From Gnetum montanum (lineage: Eukaryota > Plantae > Gnetophyta): a DNA stretch of 64,000 bases. Location of the stretch: positions 46,880 to 110,879 of the forward strand of contig MNCI01001139.1 of assembly GCA_015680685.1 (NCBI GenBank), written 5' to 3'. A program made the translations under genes and the position numbers. Shown piece after piece: positions 52,238 to 64,000 of this stretch. The notes under the pieces are model-generated. The model was not told where the DNA came from. It saw nothing but the letters and a program-made list of their open reading frames with translations, and did no database searches. Position 1 is the first letter of the stretch. The number at the start of each line of letters is the position of its first letter.

Positions 52238-53460
52238 TGTTGATTATGTTGGCTTTTTGGTGTATCAAAACCTTGAAAATGGAGAATGTATCAATTGTAT
52301 AATAAGATCTTACAAGTCTAAGGAAGCTAAGTTTAGAACATCAATGGGACCAAGAAAAGAGCAAGAATGGATAATCTAAAATTATGGAGTCTATGAGAAG
52401 ATGTAAAGAATTGGAGGAAGATTATGAGAATAGGAGACATCCCAAGCTAAGAGATGTCTTGCAGATTGTCAAGATGTCTCTTGCTCTCAAAAGACATCTC
52501 AATTGAGAAGGTTTGATCTCAAGCAAGACATCTCCTTGAAATAGAAGATTTCTCTCCTAGAAACAAGACATCTTTTCCTAAGACAATATGTCTCAAATAA
52601 GATGTTTTGTCTTCAAAGAAGACATCTCCTCTAAGATGTCTTGGCTTCCAACAAGATGTCTCCTCAAAGATGTCTTGCACTCAAATAAGACATCTCTCCT
52701 ACAAGGCAAAAAGAAAAAAAAGAAAAAAAGAAAAAATAGTGAGACATCTTAGGCCTCACAAAAGACATCTCAACTAGCCATTTCTAGCCATTGTAAATAT
52801 TCCATCAAGCAAATGGATGAGAATAAGGATATAAAAGGAAGACATTCTCAAAGGGAAAGTAAAGAGTCTTACACAAGGAATTAAGCAAGCAATTGTACAC
52901 ATATCTTGTGAAGTTTAAGAACTTCAATTCTGTATCATTTATTGTATTTTGGTTGTGTGCCTTAAAGTAGGAAATTTGAAGTTTAGTTTAATTATTCTTT
53001 GATTTTTATTTTCTTGTTGTAAGCCTTGTGGGGTTGGATATGCTTCTTGAGGGAAGGCATCCTTTAAGCTTTTTGGGACCTTAAGGGATTATGTGTATTT
53101 CTTGAGAGAAAACATCCCTTGCAAAGCTGAAGAGTTTGTTGATTTCCCTTTAGGGTTGATGTGCTTCTTGTGAGAAGAGATCAGTTGTATAGACTTATAG
53201 CTTGTTAGGACCTTGAGGGGTTGGATGTGATTTTGAGGGCAAACATTCCTTGCATAGCTATAAATCTTGACTTCTAAAAGTTGTGGTGCCCTTAAAACCA
53301 CATTTTGAAGGAACAAAGTCCATAGGTGTGCAAAGATTCTACCCTCTGAGTGTGGACATACCTAAGTGGGGGAACCATGTAAATCAGTTGTGCAAGAATT
53401 TGGCATTGTTGGCTTAAATTTATTCATCACCTTTCTAAGTTTTCGATCTTTAGATTACTG
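52238..53460 (+). repeat. Probable (solo) LTR with AGACATCT/AGATGTCT motif array
   Basis: Starts TGTTGA. More than 12 AGACATCT or AGATGTCT motifs in both orientations at 52435-52772, then GGATATAAAAGG at 52828. Right boundary uncertain. Confidence 0.5.
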
Positions 53461-54659
53461 ATGAAGAGCCTTTTGGTTAGCTATGTCAATGGACATGTGT
53501 CAACACAGCCTCATTGATGCATCCTTGTCAACATATCTTGAAATATGTTGATGTATGTGTGTTAATGCTATTTCACCTTAAGCCTATCTAAATGCATGCA
53601 TCATCCACATTTATGACACCTTTAGTTTACTTTCATAAAAATTAGCTAAAGTTTCCTCTAAGTGCCTACACTATGGAATGAATTGATTGAATGGATTTTT
53701 ATTCAAGTGACATTATACTTGGACACATTCTATGATCAATAATAAAATCAACGTTGATTCCTTCCATTGCAGTACTTGGATTAGCACTTAGTTTATTTAC
53801 AAGCATTTTACCTTTAAATGCATTTTTCTTTCTTGTGCTTAGGAAATTAATATTCTATTACTTTATTCTATAATTGCATAAGGAAAACCACTTCAAACAT
53901 AATATATTCACATTTGGTAATCCCAATAGTGAATACTTGGTATGCTTAATAGTAGACATTTGGTAACCTAGCAATGATAATATAGGTTTAAGATGGATAC
54001 GCAAAGTGGAAACCAATGTTCTATGCCTAGGGTATCCTAGATCACTAGTAAGTCCATAGTATTTAGAAATTAATATTTTATCCACTTTATTATTTTATTA
54101 TTTTAATAACAAAAATGACCAAAAAAATATAAATATCTTATATCTCGATCTCACTTAACAATACCCACCAAGATGGCATAGGTGATGATTGGGAAGGTGA
54201 TCATCTACAACCAAACACAAAGTTATCTATGACACCCATGGTGAGAAGGATTCTACAAAATTAGATCAAATTGCACATGAATGCTTGTAATCTCTATGGT
54301 TGGGTGTAGGGAACACTTTTTGTTGATAAATTACTATTAAGCTAATGATGTTAACTAGTAAGAAAAAAATAGGATAAGAATTCGATGATTATTATTATTT
54401 TTGTCATTTCTATAGCTATTATGAAATATGATATTAGCACTTAAAATGATGCAAAAATGATTTCTTTATTGCTTTCATAAGGACATCACATCAAATCTTG
54501 ACCAACATCATTATAAAGTTGATGTCTTACATAGATTACACTTAACAAGATAAATGGTTTACATAAAAAACTGACATTATACATTAAATACAAATAAAAT
54601 CATAAAATTATGCATCAAATATAAAGACTACACATCTTATAACTATGCTACTTACATGG

Positions 54660-56380
54660 CACATTAGTCTTTTCCTCCTATAGTTAGCTCCTCCTCTTCA
54701 TCATCACTATCTATTTGCATTAGGGTTGGATTTGCTACTATAGCTGGTTCTTGACTATCCTTTCTTGGATTTTTCCAATAACTAAGACAAACTAGAAGCT
54801 ATTCTAATTTTTTTATAATAAGTAAGATCAAACTATACCAAAATCTAAACGTACCTTGTATATCCTTAGACATCTCTAGGATCCTTTCCTCTATCTCTTG
54901 TAGACTTAAATTTGATATGTCTAAACTTACAAATGTTGAGCTAGGAATTTTAGATAAAATATTAGTCCATTTTTCTTCCTAACTGCTTAGCTCTTTTGCA
55001 TTGATGTCATCTTTAACACCCTTCTCTATAGGCTTCATTGGGAGGCCCCTCTTTATTCTTTGTCTGTGGTCACCATCACACTACTCATAAAATTGTGGAA
55101 TATTTTTTCTAGCATCATCTATTAAACAAATAAACTTCTTATTTCTCTATCTAAGTATAAATCTTTCTTCTCTTTTAGTAGTTTGTGTACTTTTATTTGT
55201 ACCACATTTTATTAGTTTAATGCCTTCGACCTTAACTCTTCCTTTCCACTAAGTTCTTTAGACAAGTCATAGAACTTGTCATGGCAGAGCAAATATTTTC
55301 TATTCCATTAGAATTTGTTGAAATTCCAAAACTTGACTCTTTTCTTTCTAATATGCTCTAGTTGAAGAGTTGTGCCTCATCATCTTGCAACCAGAAAGAT
55401 TTGCTTCTACTAATTTTATCTTATTTAATAAAATCTTTATTTATTATTCATCTATTACTTTCTTGCACACTTGTTTTGAAGCATCTTATAATACAACATT
55501 AGTGTTGGCATGTTCAATGAATAACACTCCCATATCTTTCATGTAATTTATAAATGCACTTATTTTTTCTTCTGCAACACTCCTTTCTACCACCTCAATA
55601 TTTATTGCTAGGTCTCTAAAAGTTATTTGTCCTTTATTTAGTTTTATTTCTATCCCAATAATCAAAAATTACATCTATTTTAATTAACATAGGTTTTTTT
55701 TTACATTAAATACATCACATAGGTTCTTATGTTTAACTAAGAAGAGAAAATTCATCTTCCTCTCAATGTCCTTTGCTAACCCCTCCATTATTAATTACTT
55801 ATCTTTAACACAAGCCCAAGTTCTCTTTTTCATCTTTGCAAGACAAATGTATGTTAAGTTAACCTTAATGTGTGCATGCTAGCATATTCACATTATGTTA
55901 TTAATTAAAACTTATCATAGGAGATGGATAACTTAGAGCTAGTTACCTCAATCCATTTACAAACCTCGTCATCCTTCAAAATTGGTATATTATACAAAGG
56001 TGTAGTTTCTACCAAGGATGGAATTTCTATTTCTAGGAAGCCATTTCCTCCTTCGTCCAAGTCTTCTTCTTCATCTTCCTTATCTTCCACTTAGCCTGTT
56101 TCATCAAAGCATAGGTGAAATGGATTAGAGAGTAAGTCAAATTCATGCTCATTGGCCTTCTAATATTCTGCTAACATGAGGAAGTCAATAAGAAAATCTA
56201 ATTCTTCTTCAATCATACATTCCTTCTGATCCTCTAGTATGGATGAAAGGTTTAATTGAAGCCTCTTCGCCTCTGTCTCCAATGTTATTTTCCCCAATGT
56301 AACTTCTAAAAGTTCAAACATAAGATAAATCTTATTAACATGATGTATCAATTTTGACATCAAAACTAAGATTCATGTCA
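54660..56380 (-). pseudogene. Degenerate unidentified TE-associated coding region (acidic/lysine-rich)
   Basis: Purine-rich minus strand with short open stretches (55905-56090, 56160-56363). No recognisable domain. Confidence 0.3.
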
Positions 56381-57020
56381 AAAATTATGTTACCTTACAC
56401 AAAATTACTATTGACATCATATATTTGACATTAATGTTGATGAGTCGTGTTTTGGGTGACCGCGATATCACATATGTAATATCGTGTACGCGATTTTGCA
56501 GTCCGCTGCCAGTTCTATAAATAAGAGGCAGCTCTCCCTTGTTTCTCACCTTAGATTTAGACCTTAGCTAGACTCTGGTAGTTTTATCCCTCCAGAGATA
56601 GAATTATTTTCCAGTGCATGCCCACAGTGTGGTGAATGTAATTGTATGACATCCTTATTCAAGTGTGACATACTTGGACACGCACATAACTGGAAATAAA
56701 GATCGAGATTACTTCATCATTGCAGCATTCACTTAGTTTAATTAATTAATTAATTAATTAATTATTATTTACTGCTTTTCTGATTAATCTCTCTCACCCT
56801 TAAACTCTTGTTAAAATGCAAAATGAGTACAACTTGATTACAAGCATTTAAGTGTGACTACTTGGTAACCNNNNNNNNNNNNNNNNNNNNNNNNNNNNNN
56901 NNNNNNNNNNNNNNNNNNNNNNNNNNNNTGTAGGCACTTAGTCTATGGAGTTTGACTGGATCACGCATGTAACGCTCATATTCGTATGGTTGAGTGTAGG
57001 GGTACCTCGCCACTCATCAT

Positions 57021-57038
57021 TGGCGCCGTTGCTGGGGA
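57021..57038 (+). promoter_or_regulatory. Primer binding site complementary to the tRNA-Asp 3' end
   Basis: TGGCGCCGTTGCTGGGGA, 1 nt after the LTR CA; one mismatch to the canonical Athila PBS TGGCGCCGTTGCCGGGGA. Confidence 0.9.
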
Positions 57039-57160
57039 CAGTGCTAGTTATCTAGATTAGTTATATCATACAAGATCATTATAAAGGACTTAACGATATA
57101 TCTTTTTGAAAATAATAATTATAAAAAGTCACACATAAATTCACACACAACTTTACAACA

Positions 57161-58950
57161 ATGCCTCTCCTACAAGATCACGATAATGCCACACTTAGTG
57201 AGGAAGTTCATTGGAGAACCAACGAACTATATGACGATGAAGATTGGAGTACACAACCTGAAGTGGGGGTTTCTTATAAACATGAACAAAAGCAATGTCA
57301 TCCCAACACACGAAAGCATAACTTACCCAATGACAATGAACCCCTACTGGCCACTACAAGCGTAATGCAAATACAAGAGGCTATTTGAATCTCACGTAGG
57401 CATCGTAAAGAGAGCCATCTACCCAGGCTCGATTTAAACAACTTTTCTAAATTTTTAGGAGTCTATGAGTTAGATCCACATCAACATTTACAAGCCTTCT
57501 ACGATGCCTGTGCATGGAACAACATTGATAACGATTGGCAAAAACTTAAGGTCTTCCGTATGACACTTGTTGACTAAGCAAAAGTATGGTATAGATCATT
57601 AAAACCAAATTTGATATGACACTGATCAACAATGGTAGAATTCTTTAACAAAAAATATCAAACCTACGCAAGAGTGTCAGCCTTGAGGAAGCAAATCCAA
57701 GGATGGAAACAAGCAAAACATGAACCCTTGGACATGGCCTTAGAAAGATATTATGCACTATTAAACAATTATCCAGGCCATGGGTTTTCCGAGGAAAGGC
57801 TAATGTACCATATCATTGATGGGCTACACAATGAAACAAGAGAGACCTTAGGAATGTATGCCCAAGGTCAACTATACGAACTACAAAACCATCAAATCCA
57901 AGAGCTTATTATGCAGGTAGCAAAAGAAGAAGGAGAAATGGCTAGATGGGAGAGTGTTGAAAAACATTAATAGGACCAGAATCTCAACTTAACAAAGGTC
58001 CATTCTCATAAAAAGGAAAAATCAACCAATCTCAAGGTGGAAACATCATCTTTGCCAACACAACAAACATTAGAAGAGGTCGAGGAAAAGATCAATAAGA
58101 TGTTGGAATGGACATATCAAAAGTGTGGATAATTTATCAACATTATTGGAGATAGAGTTTTGACAACCCAAGAAGCAGGACAAAACATTAAACAATTGGA
58201 AAGAAGAGATAAGGAAAATAAGAGCTCAACTGCCAATCATATGTATGAATGCAACATATGCCTATACGATCACCCCAAGGGCCAATGCCCAATATTGTTA
58301 CATTTACATGAGCATTGGGGAAACACGCTACATCCAGAGTTCGTACAGAGATACTATGTTCAATTGCAGTGGCAAAAATCCTAGTCGTGGGGGAGACAAC
58401 CACTAAACTGGAGACACCCTTCGTATCATCCAAACTAAAATTCTTATCTTGTTCAACATCTTGTTTCCCCAACTAGGCCAACACACTTTATCTCACCACA
58501 GTATCATTCTCCTCAATACTATCAACCCATCCCTCCAACACAACCACCACCTTATGCACTTTATACTCCTCCTAACTTTCAACATTCTTATCCTTTCCCT
58601 CCTTCCATATTGCCACCAACTATTCCTGAGGTGCTAGCACCACCACAATAACCCACGAACATCACTTGTGCTACTACTACCAACAGTAGTGAGAGGCCTC
58701 CTGAACATCCAAAGCGCCCCTTCTTTAAACATAACTGTAAGAGGGGACAACACAATTCCGAGGCTACTACATCATCCACTTCAGCACAAGTCCAACCTTG
58801 TGGCACACCCTTACCTTCAAAACCAACACCTCATGTTACTTCATCAGGCCCACCAATTAACACTCCAACAACCACATGGCCCAATGCACATAGGAATGGA
58901 GAGTAACAACCCGATCCTTGCATACCATCTAAGGGTCCCAAATATCATAG
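57161..58950 (+). pseudogene. Athila-type gag of element C
   Basis: DPHQHLQAFYDAC..WQKLKVFRMTL..MVEFFNKKYQ..QAKHEPL..YPGHGF and knuckle CNICLYDHPKGQC (CX2CX3HX4C). No D-S/T-G protease motif downstream. Confidence 0.8.
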
Positions 58951-61054
58951 TGGGTCAACTCATTATTTGAGAACTACATCGTACAAATTGCCCCACTATG
59001 CTCATTATAATCAAGTGTGTGAACCCTGATGGGGTAAGCATGGCCAAGTTCCAATACTTCCAACATGCAAGGACCCTCAACTTACATTTATTAATCCTTG
59101 CCATCCTCAACTGATTAGTTATGGGGGATATCCCCCATTCTAAAAACAAGTAGGATTAATAACCGCTTTTTATTTTCTTTGATTTTACAACTTTTTGTTT
59201 TCCAGTTTTTCATTTTTCAACTTTCTTGTTTTATCTTTTTATCTTTTTTATGTTTTTGTAAGTAATATCATCTATGAGTAAAACACTCATGTGGATCGTT
59301 GGTTGAGGTGTGTTCTATGTTATTAAGTTTTGAGCGATCAATTATGTGGACAATGAGCCCATTACATCCACTCATCCATTCTACAAATATGAGGTTCTTT
59401 TCGAGGGTATAGTGATATTCTTGATATTTTTAAAACTTAAAATTAATTTTGTGTTCATTGTACCCAGAATGAAGGATGGACCAAGAGGGAATGAATAGGG
59501 TGTGACATCAAGGGGACTTGTGGGTTCTCTTTGGTGATGTATGTGGGAGTTATCTTGCAACATGGTTATACTAGAATCCTTATAGATCTAACGAAAAATG
59601 GGAGTAAGAGTAATCAAAAGGGCACTCAAAAATCAAACATTGTTCTAGGGGGTCCCATTGGAAAGACATGCACCCATGCTTGATGGTTGGTGGCTTCTTT
59701 GGATTCAGTAAGGTGAAAAGAAAAAAAAGAGAGAGAGAAAAAGAAAAAAAGAAAAGGAAGTACCATAAAACAAAAATCACTACTCGAACAAAATGCTAAG
59801 TGATCGTATGCCTTGTTGTTATGGTACTCTCATAGTTGTTCATCATGGGATGAAACAATGCAATATCACTAGTCAGAGGAATGGACTTGGTCCTAATCTT
59901 GGAATGATGGGTTAATGACATGTTAATCATGCTTTACATGTAGGATTCATTGTGCCCTAGGTCAATTACCTCATGTCCCAATCTCTACGATCCCTTCTAT
60001 ATCTTGTTTCATCTCACTGTTCGTGTAATTGTAGCCTGTGTCTCATGTAGCATAGAATTCTCATCTCATTCTTGTGATAATTGCATGTGTGTGTTTTGTG
60101 GAATTAGTGCGGATTACATCTAACCCTTCTAGTGCCCACAGACACTTTAAGTGTGGTTACACAAGGGCATTATAGGTTGGAACCTGCTTTGGGGAGGACC
60201 CACTTGTGTAATCTTTTGTAATCTTCACTTATGACATAGCTCACACACACCATTTCTTACCCGTAGTATAATTTTAAGAATTTTCTTTCCCTACTACTAT
60301 CCCTCTGAATAATAATGTTCCTATGTGCCATTACATGACCTTTTTCTTACCACCCAAAGTTTTATTGATAAAATCCACACCATCATCATTAATTGTGCCT
60401 TTCAAATTAATGAGATTTCCTTAGACCCCTTAATAATCTCCAATGTCCTCAATGTACAACGTTAATTTCAAGAAAATCCTTTAAAAATTTAGTATTTTCG
60501 TGGTGTCTCATGTCACTAGGGACATGATATTGTGTACGCGATATCGCGTCGTCGCAACCTATAAATAGGTGACACCCCCCCCCCCGCCCCCCGCGCAACA
60601 CTTAGCATCATTTTGTCATTCACATGGGGGAGTTTTTGAAATTTTTTCTCTACGACTTGCGATTGAGCAACCCTTGCTTTTCTCACTATATTTCGCTCGC
60701 TGGTACTTCGATTATCATTCCATTTGAACCTGCTTAAACCTGGAGTGTTCAACTTAGTCGTGGGGGAGGGACATCTACCGAAAAGAGCCTAACATTTTTG
60801 AAATTTATCATTTCCCAAAGGACATCATATAGGGTAATTAACTCTAACACTTATAATAATTGTGCCTAAAAATCATTTAACCCCTAAGTATACTGGGAAA
60901 CTAAAATGGAAACCACCTAAGTCACAGGACTCATTATTACAAAATTTCAGGCACTATCACATGTGATAACATAAGATCATTAATTAAGGTAAGTAGTAAG
61001 GTATAAATTAACTTCAAAAATAGCCTTACTAATGCTTGGCCCATGTGATTGCAG

Positions 61055-63810
61055 ATGGCCCCAAAACATGGACAACAGGAAGGTCCTACCCAAGGTGGAA
61101 GCAAACGATCTCGGAGAGGGGGAAGACAAGGTCCTGTCGAACAACATGCAGAACAGGAGGAGTAATCATTCAGCATTCATCAAGAAGAACTTCCTACCAG
61201 ATGGTCTAGGTAGGTAGAAGAAGGAGCTTTTGTAGCACCTAAATTGGGACAACAACTCATGTTGCCCCAAGATTGTGTTCAGGCTATCCATGAGAAGTCC
61301 ACATTCGCTATAGTGATTGTGGTATTGAGCTTTGAATCATTGTAGAGTTCACTCCTGAGGCCATTAGGGATCACCTCAAAGGGTCTCCCTTATGGCCTAT
61401 CCTCTCTGAAAGTGGTGCCTGGTACCTAGGTGAGACGTACCAATTTTGGCACAATAGGGAGCAATGCATCACTGTCAATATTTGTGGTGTGACAGTTGAC
61501 TTCTCCGTGCAGGCCATTTCGAATGTGTTAAACCTTTTGAATATAGGGCTTAAAGTTGCTCAGTTATCCACCCGCTCAAACCCCAATGTGCGAAAGGATT
61601 GGTTGAAAAAGGCTTATGGCAGAGATAAAGAATTTGGTGAGTTGACGATGGAAGAGAGGGTTTATTTCAAAATTGGAACATATCACCTCTTCCCCACAAA
61701 GGGCCTAAAAAGAATATCAACATATGAGGCTAGAGGATGTGCAGTGTTGATGGGAAAGGTTAACGCTAACCTACCCCATTTATATTTAATGGAGATCCTG
61801 AGACGGTTTGAGGAACGAAAGACAGGGAAGATGGTGCTGCTTTTCCCTTGTCTTATCAGAAAGATTTGCTGATGTGCTAGTATTTAGGGATACACCAATG
61901 ATGTCCTCCAGAAAGCCCAAACTACTTCATAAGCTGAATTGCTAAAGGCACTAGCTTCAAGAAAAAGAACTAGCGAAGAGTTGGGACCAGAACAAGAAGA
62001 AGAATAGATGTTTGGACCAACTACAACTCAGCTTGTAGGACCCAGTCAACTTCCAAGCATGGGTCCCAGCCAACAATAGGAAGCAGGGCCCAGCACAGGC
62101 TAGGATCAGCCGCCACCGCCCCAAGACTACAAACCATCAATGAGCCATCTCAGGGCCATCGTTGAGATGGTTAGTTGAGGAAGTCGTGATGATGCAAACC
62201 TATTCCGCATCATCGATGATGCCATTCAGCCTACTATTTCGTTGGATTGCACAAGGGGGGAAGTATCCATTCACACAGGATGAGGGAAAAGTGGATGGTC
62301 ATAATAGATCTCAAGGAATGCAGCTTCTTTCCAAGTGCAATTAGAGATTGGTGAAGGGGCCACTGTGGTGGTCATGTAACACCAAAATGTCGTGGGAGCT
62401 ATAGAAGTTGTCGCTGATCACATCAAAAAATCCTTCAACATACCTATTGTGCAACCGGTAGGTTTCATAAGAGCATGGGATGCTCAAACTCTAGCTAGAA
62501 CCTCAATGACTCTTGCGGAACATGAGGATGTGCTTGATCGATTACTCCAAACAAGGCAAGTAATGACATCCCTGTTTGACATCCCTCAGGATGTTACGGC
62601 AATTTAGTTAGATCTCATTTCCACAAAGGGGGAAGTGGTCTTAATAGAAGTAAGGGACGAGCATGCTGAAGCTGAAGTGCGGAAACTACAAGAGCAACTC
62701 GTGGCGTTACAAGCAGCACAACTGGACGCTCTACAATTTGTTCCCACAAACCAGTTAGATAATTTTAGAATGGAGCAACTAACCAAATTAATAGTGGAGA
62801 ATAAAAAGGTGGCCAAGGAGAAAGAGAAGGCTGTTTGGGATGCCTCCACAGCATAGGTGCAAACTCATGAGCATCTTAAGGCACTCAAGGCCTTACAAGA
62901 AGAAAATAAGCAACTGGTTGCAAACAACCTTTGATTGACCACTGTAGAAAAGCAAAAGAACGTTCTCGATGAACACTTCCATCAATTATGAAAAAAATTC
63001 ATTCGGGTCAACCAAGACATAAGCCTTTTAGCTAGAGAAAATCAAACCCTCTGGATGGACGAGATAAGCGCATGGTAAAATGAGGCTAAACGACATGAAA
63101 AGTTGAAGGAGCACTTCCATGATCAAGTGGGGATGTATAAACAGATCCTTGAAAAGGAGATCCATATGGCCAAGGCCCAAATCAACACTATTAGTGCTCA
63201 ACACACTGATTGGCAAGCCATATTGGACACATACGCATTCGCCCACCAAGTGGAAGTTAAGAATCGGGACTTGCAAATTCAGGATTTCACAAAGTACATG
63301 GAGTTGGCAAATCTAAGATATGCCAACCTTGCCATGTTAACAGCAGGGTGCCCGAGGACAAAGCTACAGCAGTAGGTAGCAACCACCCACATCAAATATG
63401 AAGTAGAATTTGCGGAACGCAAGAAGCTGTTAGAAAAACTAGAGGTCACAAATTCTGAACTTGAGGTGGTAAAAGCTAGCTACCAGGGACAAAAGGATAT
63501 GGCAATAGACTTGGCTTGATGGCTAGCAGAATTTCATGAGTACAAGGATAAAGCCATAGCCTATGAGTAGGAACGACGGGTGTTCGCGGCTTGGTATGTC
63601 AAGGCCAACCAAATGTTTCTGCAAGTACCCTGTCTGTGGGAGGTTCCGACTCCGTCAAACATTGGAACATTAGCATGGATGGCACAAGACCCTCAAACTA
63701 AAGAGGAGAAGCTCCAAGCCATACTTCAATGCCATCAAGTCTCAAAGCCTGGAGCACAAGACAAAGGGAAAGCACCAATGGAGGAGCCACCACCACTAGG
63801 AACTACATGA
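61055..63810 (+). pseudogene. Degenerate accessory ORF (~900 codons), homolog of 1267-4055
   Basis: CTTACTAAT...TTGCAG|ATGGCCCCAAAA. MAPK.G..KRSRRGGR basic N-terminus, LLFPCLIRKIC, coiled coil, ending QDKGKAPMEEPPPLGTT*. Confidence 0.75.
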
Positions 63811-64000
63811 GTTCCAAAATTTTTGTAGTTGTAGCACCTTTTTGTGTTGTGTCTTTATTTTTTTTCTTCTCACACTGTGGCATAGTCCCATCTTCACCAT
63901 CCAATAATCCCATACCTATCTGCATGTCTTTATTTTGTTTTCTTCTCACACTGTGGCACTGACAACACAATCATATATTAGCAAGGGTAATTGAATCATT

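Larger units (their letters stand above)
56438..64000 (+). mobile_element. Athila-like element C: 5' LTR, PBS, gag, non-coding region, accessory ORF. No pol. 3' end outside the window
   Basis: LTR at 56438-57019 (N gap 56871-56928) and PBS. Gag is homologous to that of B. Region 59560-63920 is colinear with A. Confidence 0.88.

Overview
Eukaryotic nuclear DNA from a land plant with a large, TE-rich genome. The species cannot be determined from the sequence. There is one intact host gene: a two-exon non-RD LRR receptor-like kinase (LRR-XII/FLS2-EFR-XA21-like) on the minus strand at about 18.7-22.2 kb. Almost everything else is nested, mostly decayed LTR-retrotransposon sequence. (i) Three members of an Athila-like Ty3/gypsy family with TGATGAG...CTCATCA LTR termini and a tRNA-Asp PBS: A (1-4733, 3' part), B (29604-36851, complete, TSD CCATT) and C (56438 to beyond the window end). 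None shows RT, RNase H or integrase in the part visible here. (ii) A gag+protease-only Tat/Ogre-like element carrying a spliced antisense gene, plus two more decayed copies. (iii) A Ty3 integrase/3' LTR remnant. (iv) An LTR doublet with a nested solo LTR, other LTR-like blocks, a small copia-type remnant and a tRNA-derived SINE-like fragment. The most interesting pattern is that two unrelated pol-less retroelement families each keep a large, apparently spliced accessory gene, and each repeats its own palindromic LTR motif array just upstream of that gene. The Athila-like family also conserves a small RNA structure with compensatory changes. All TE domain calls come from visual motif recognition, not database searches.
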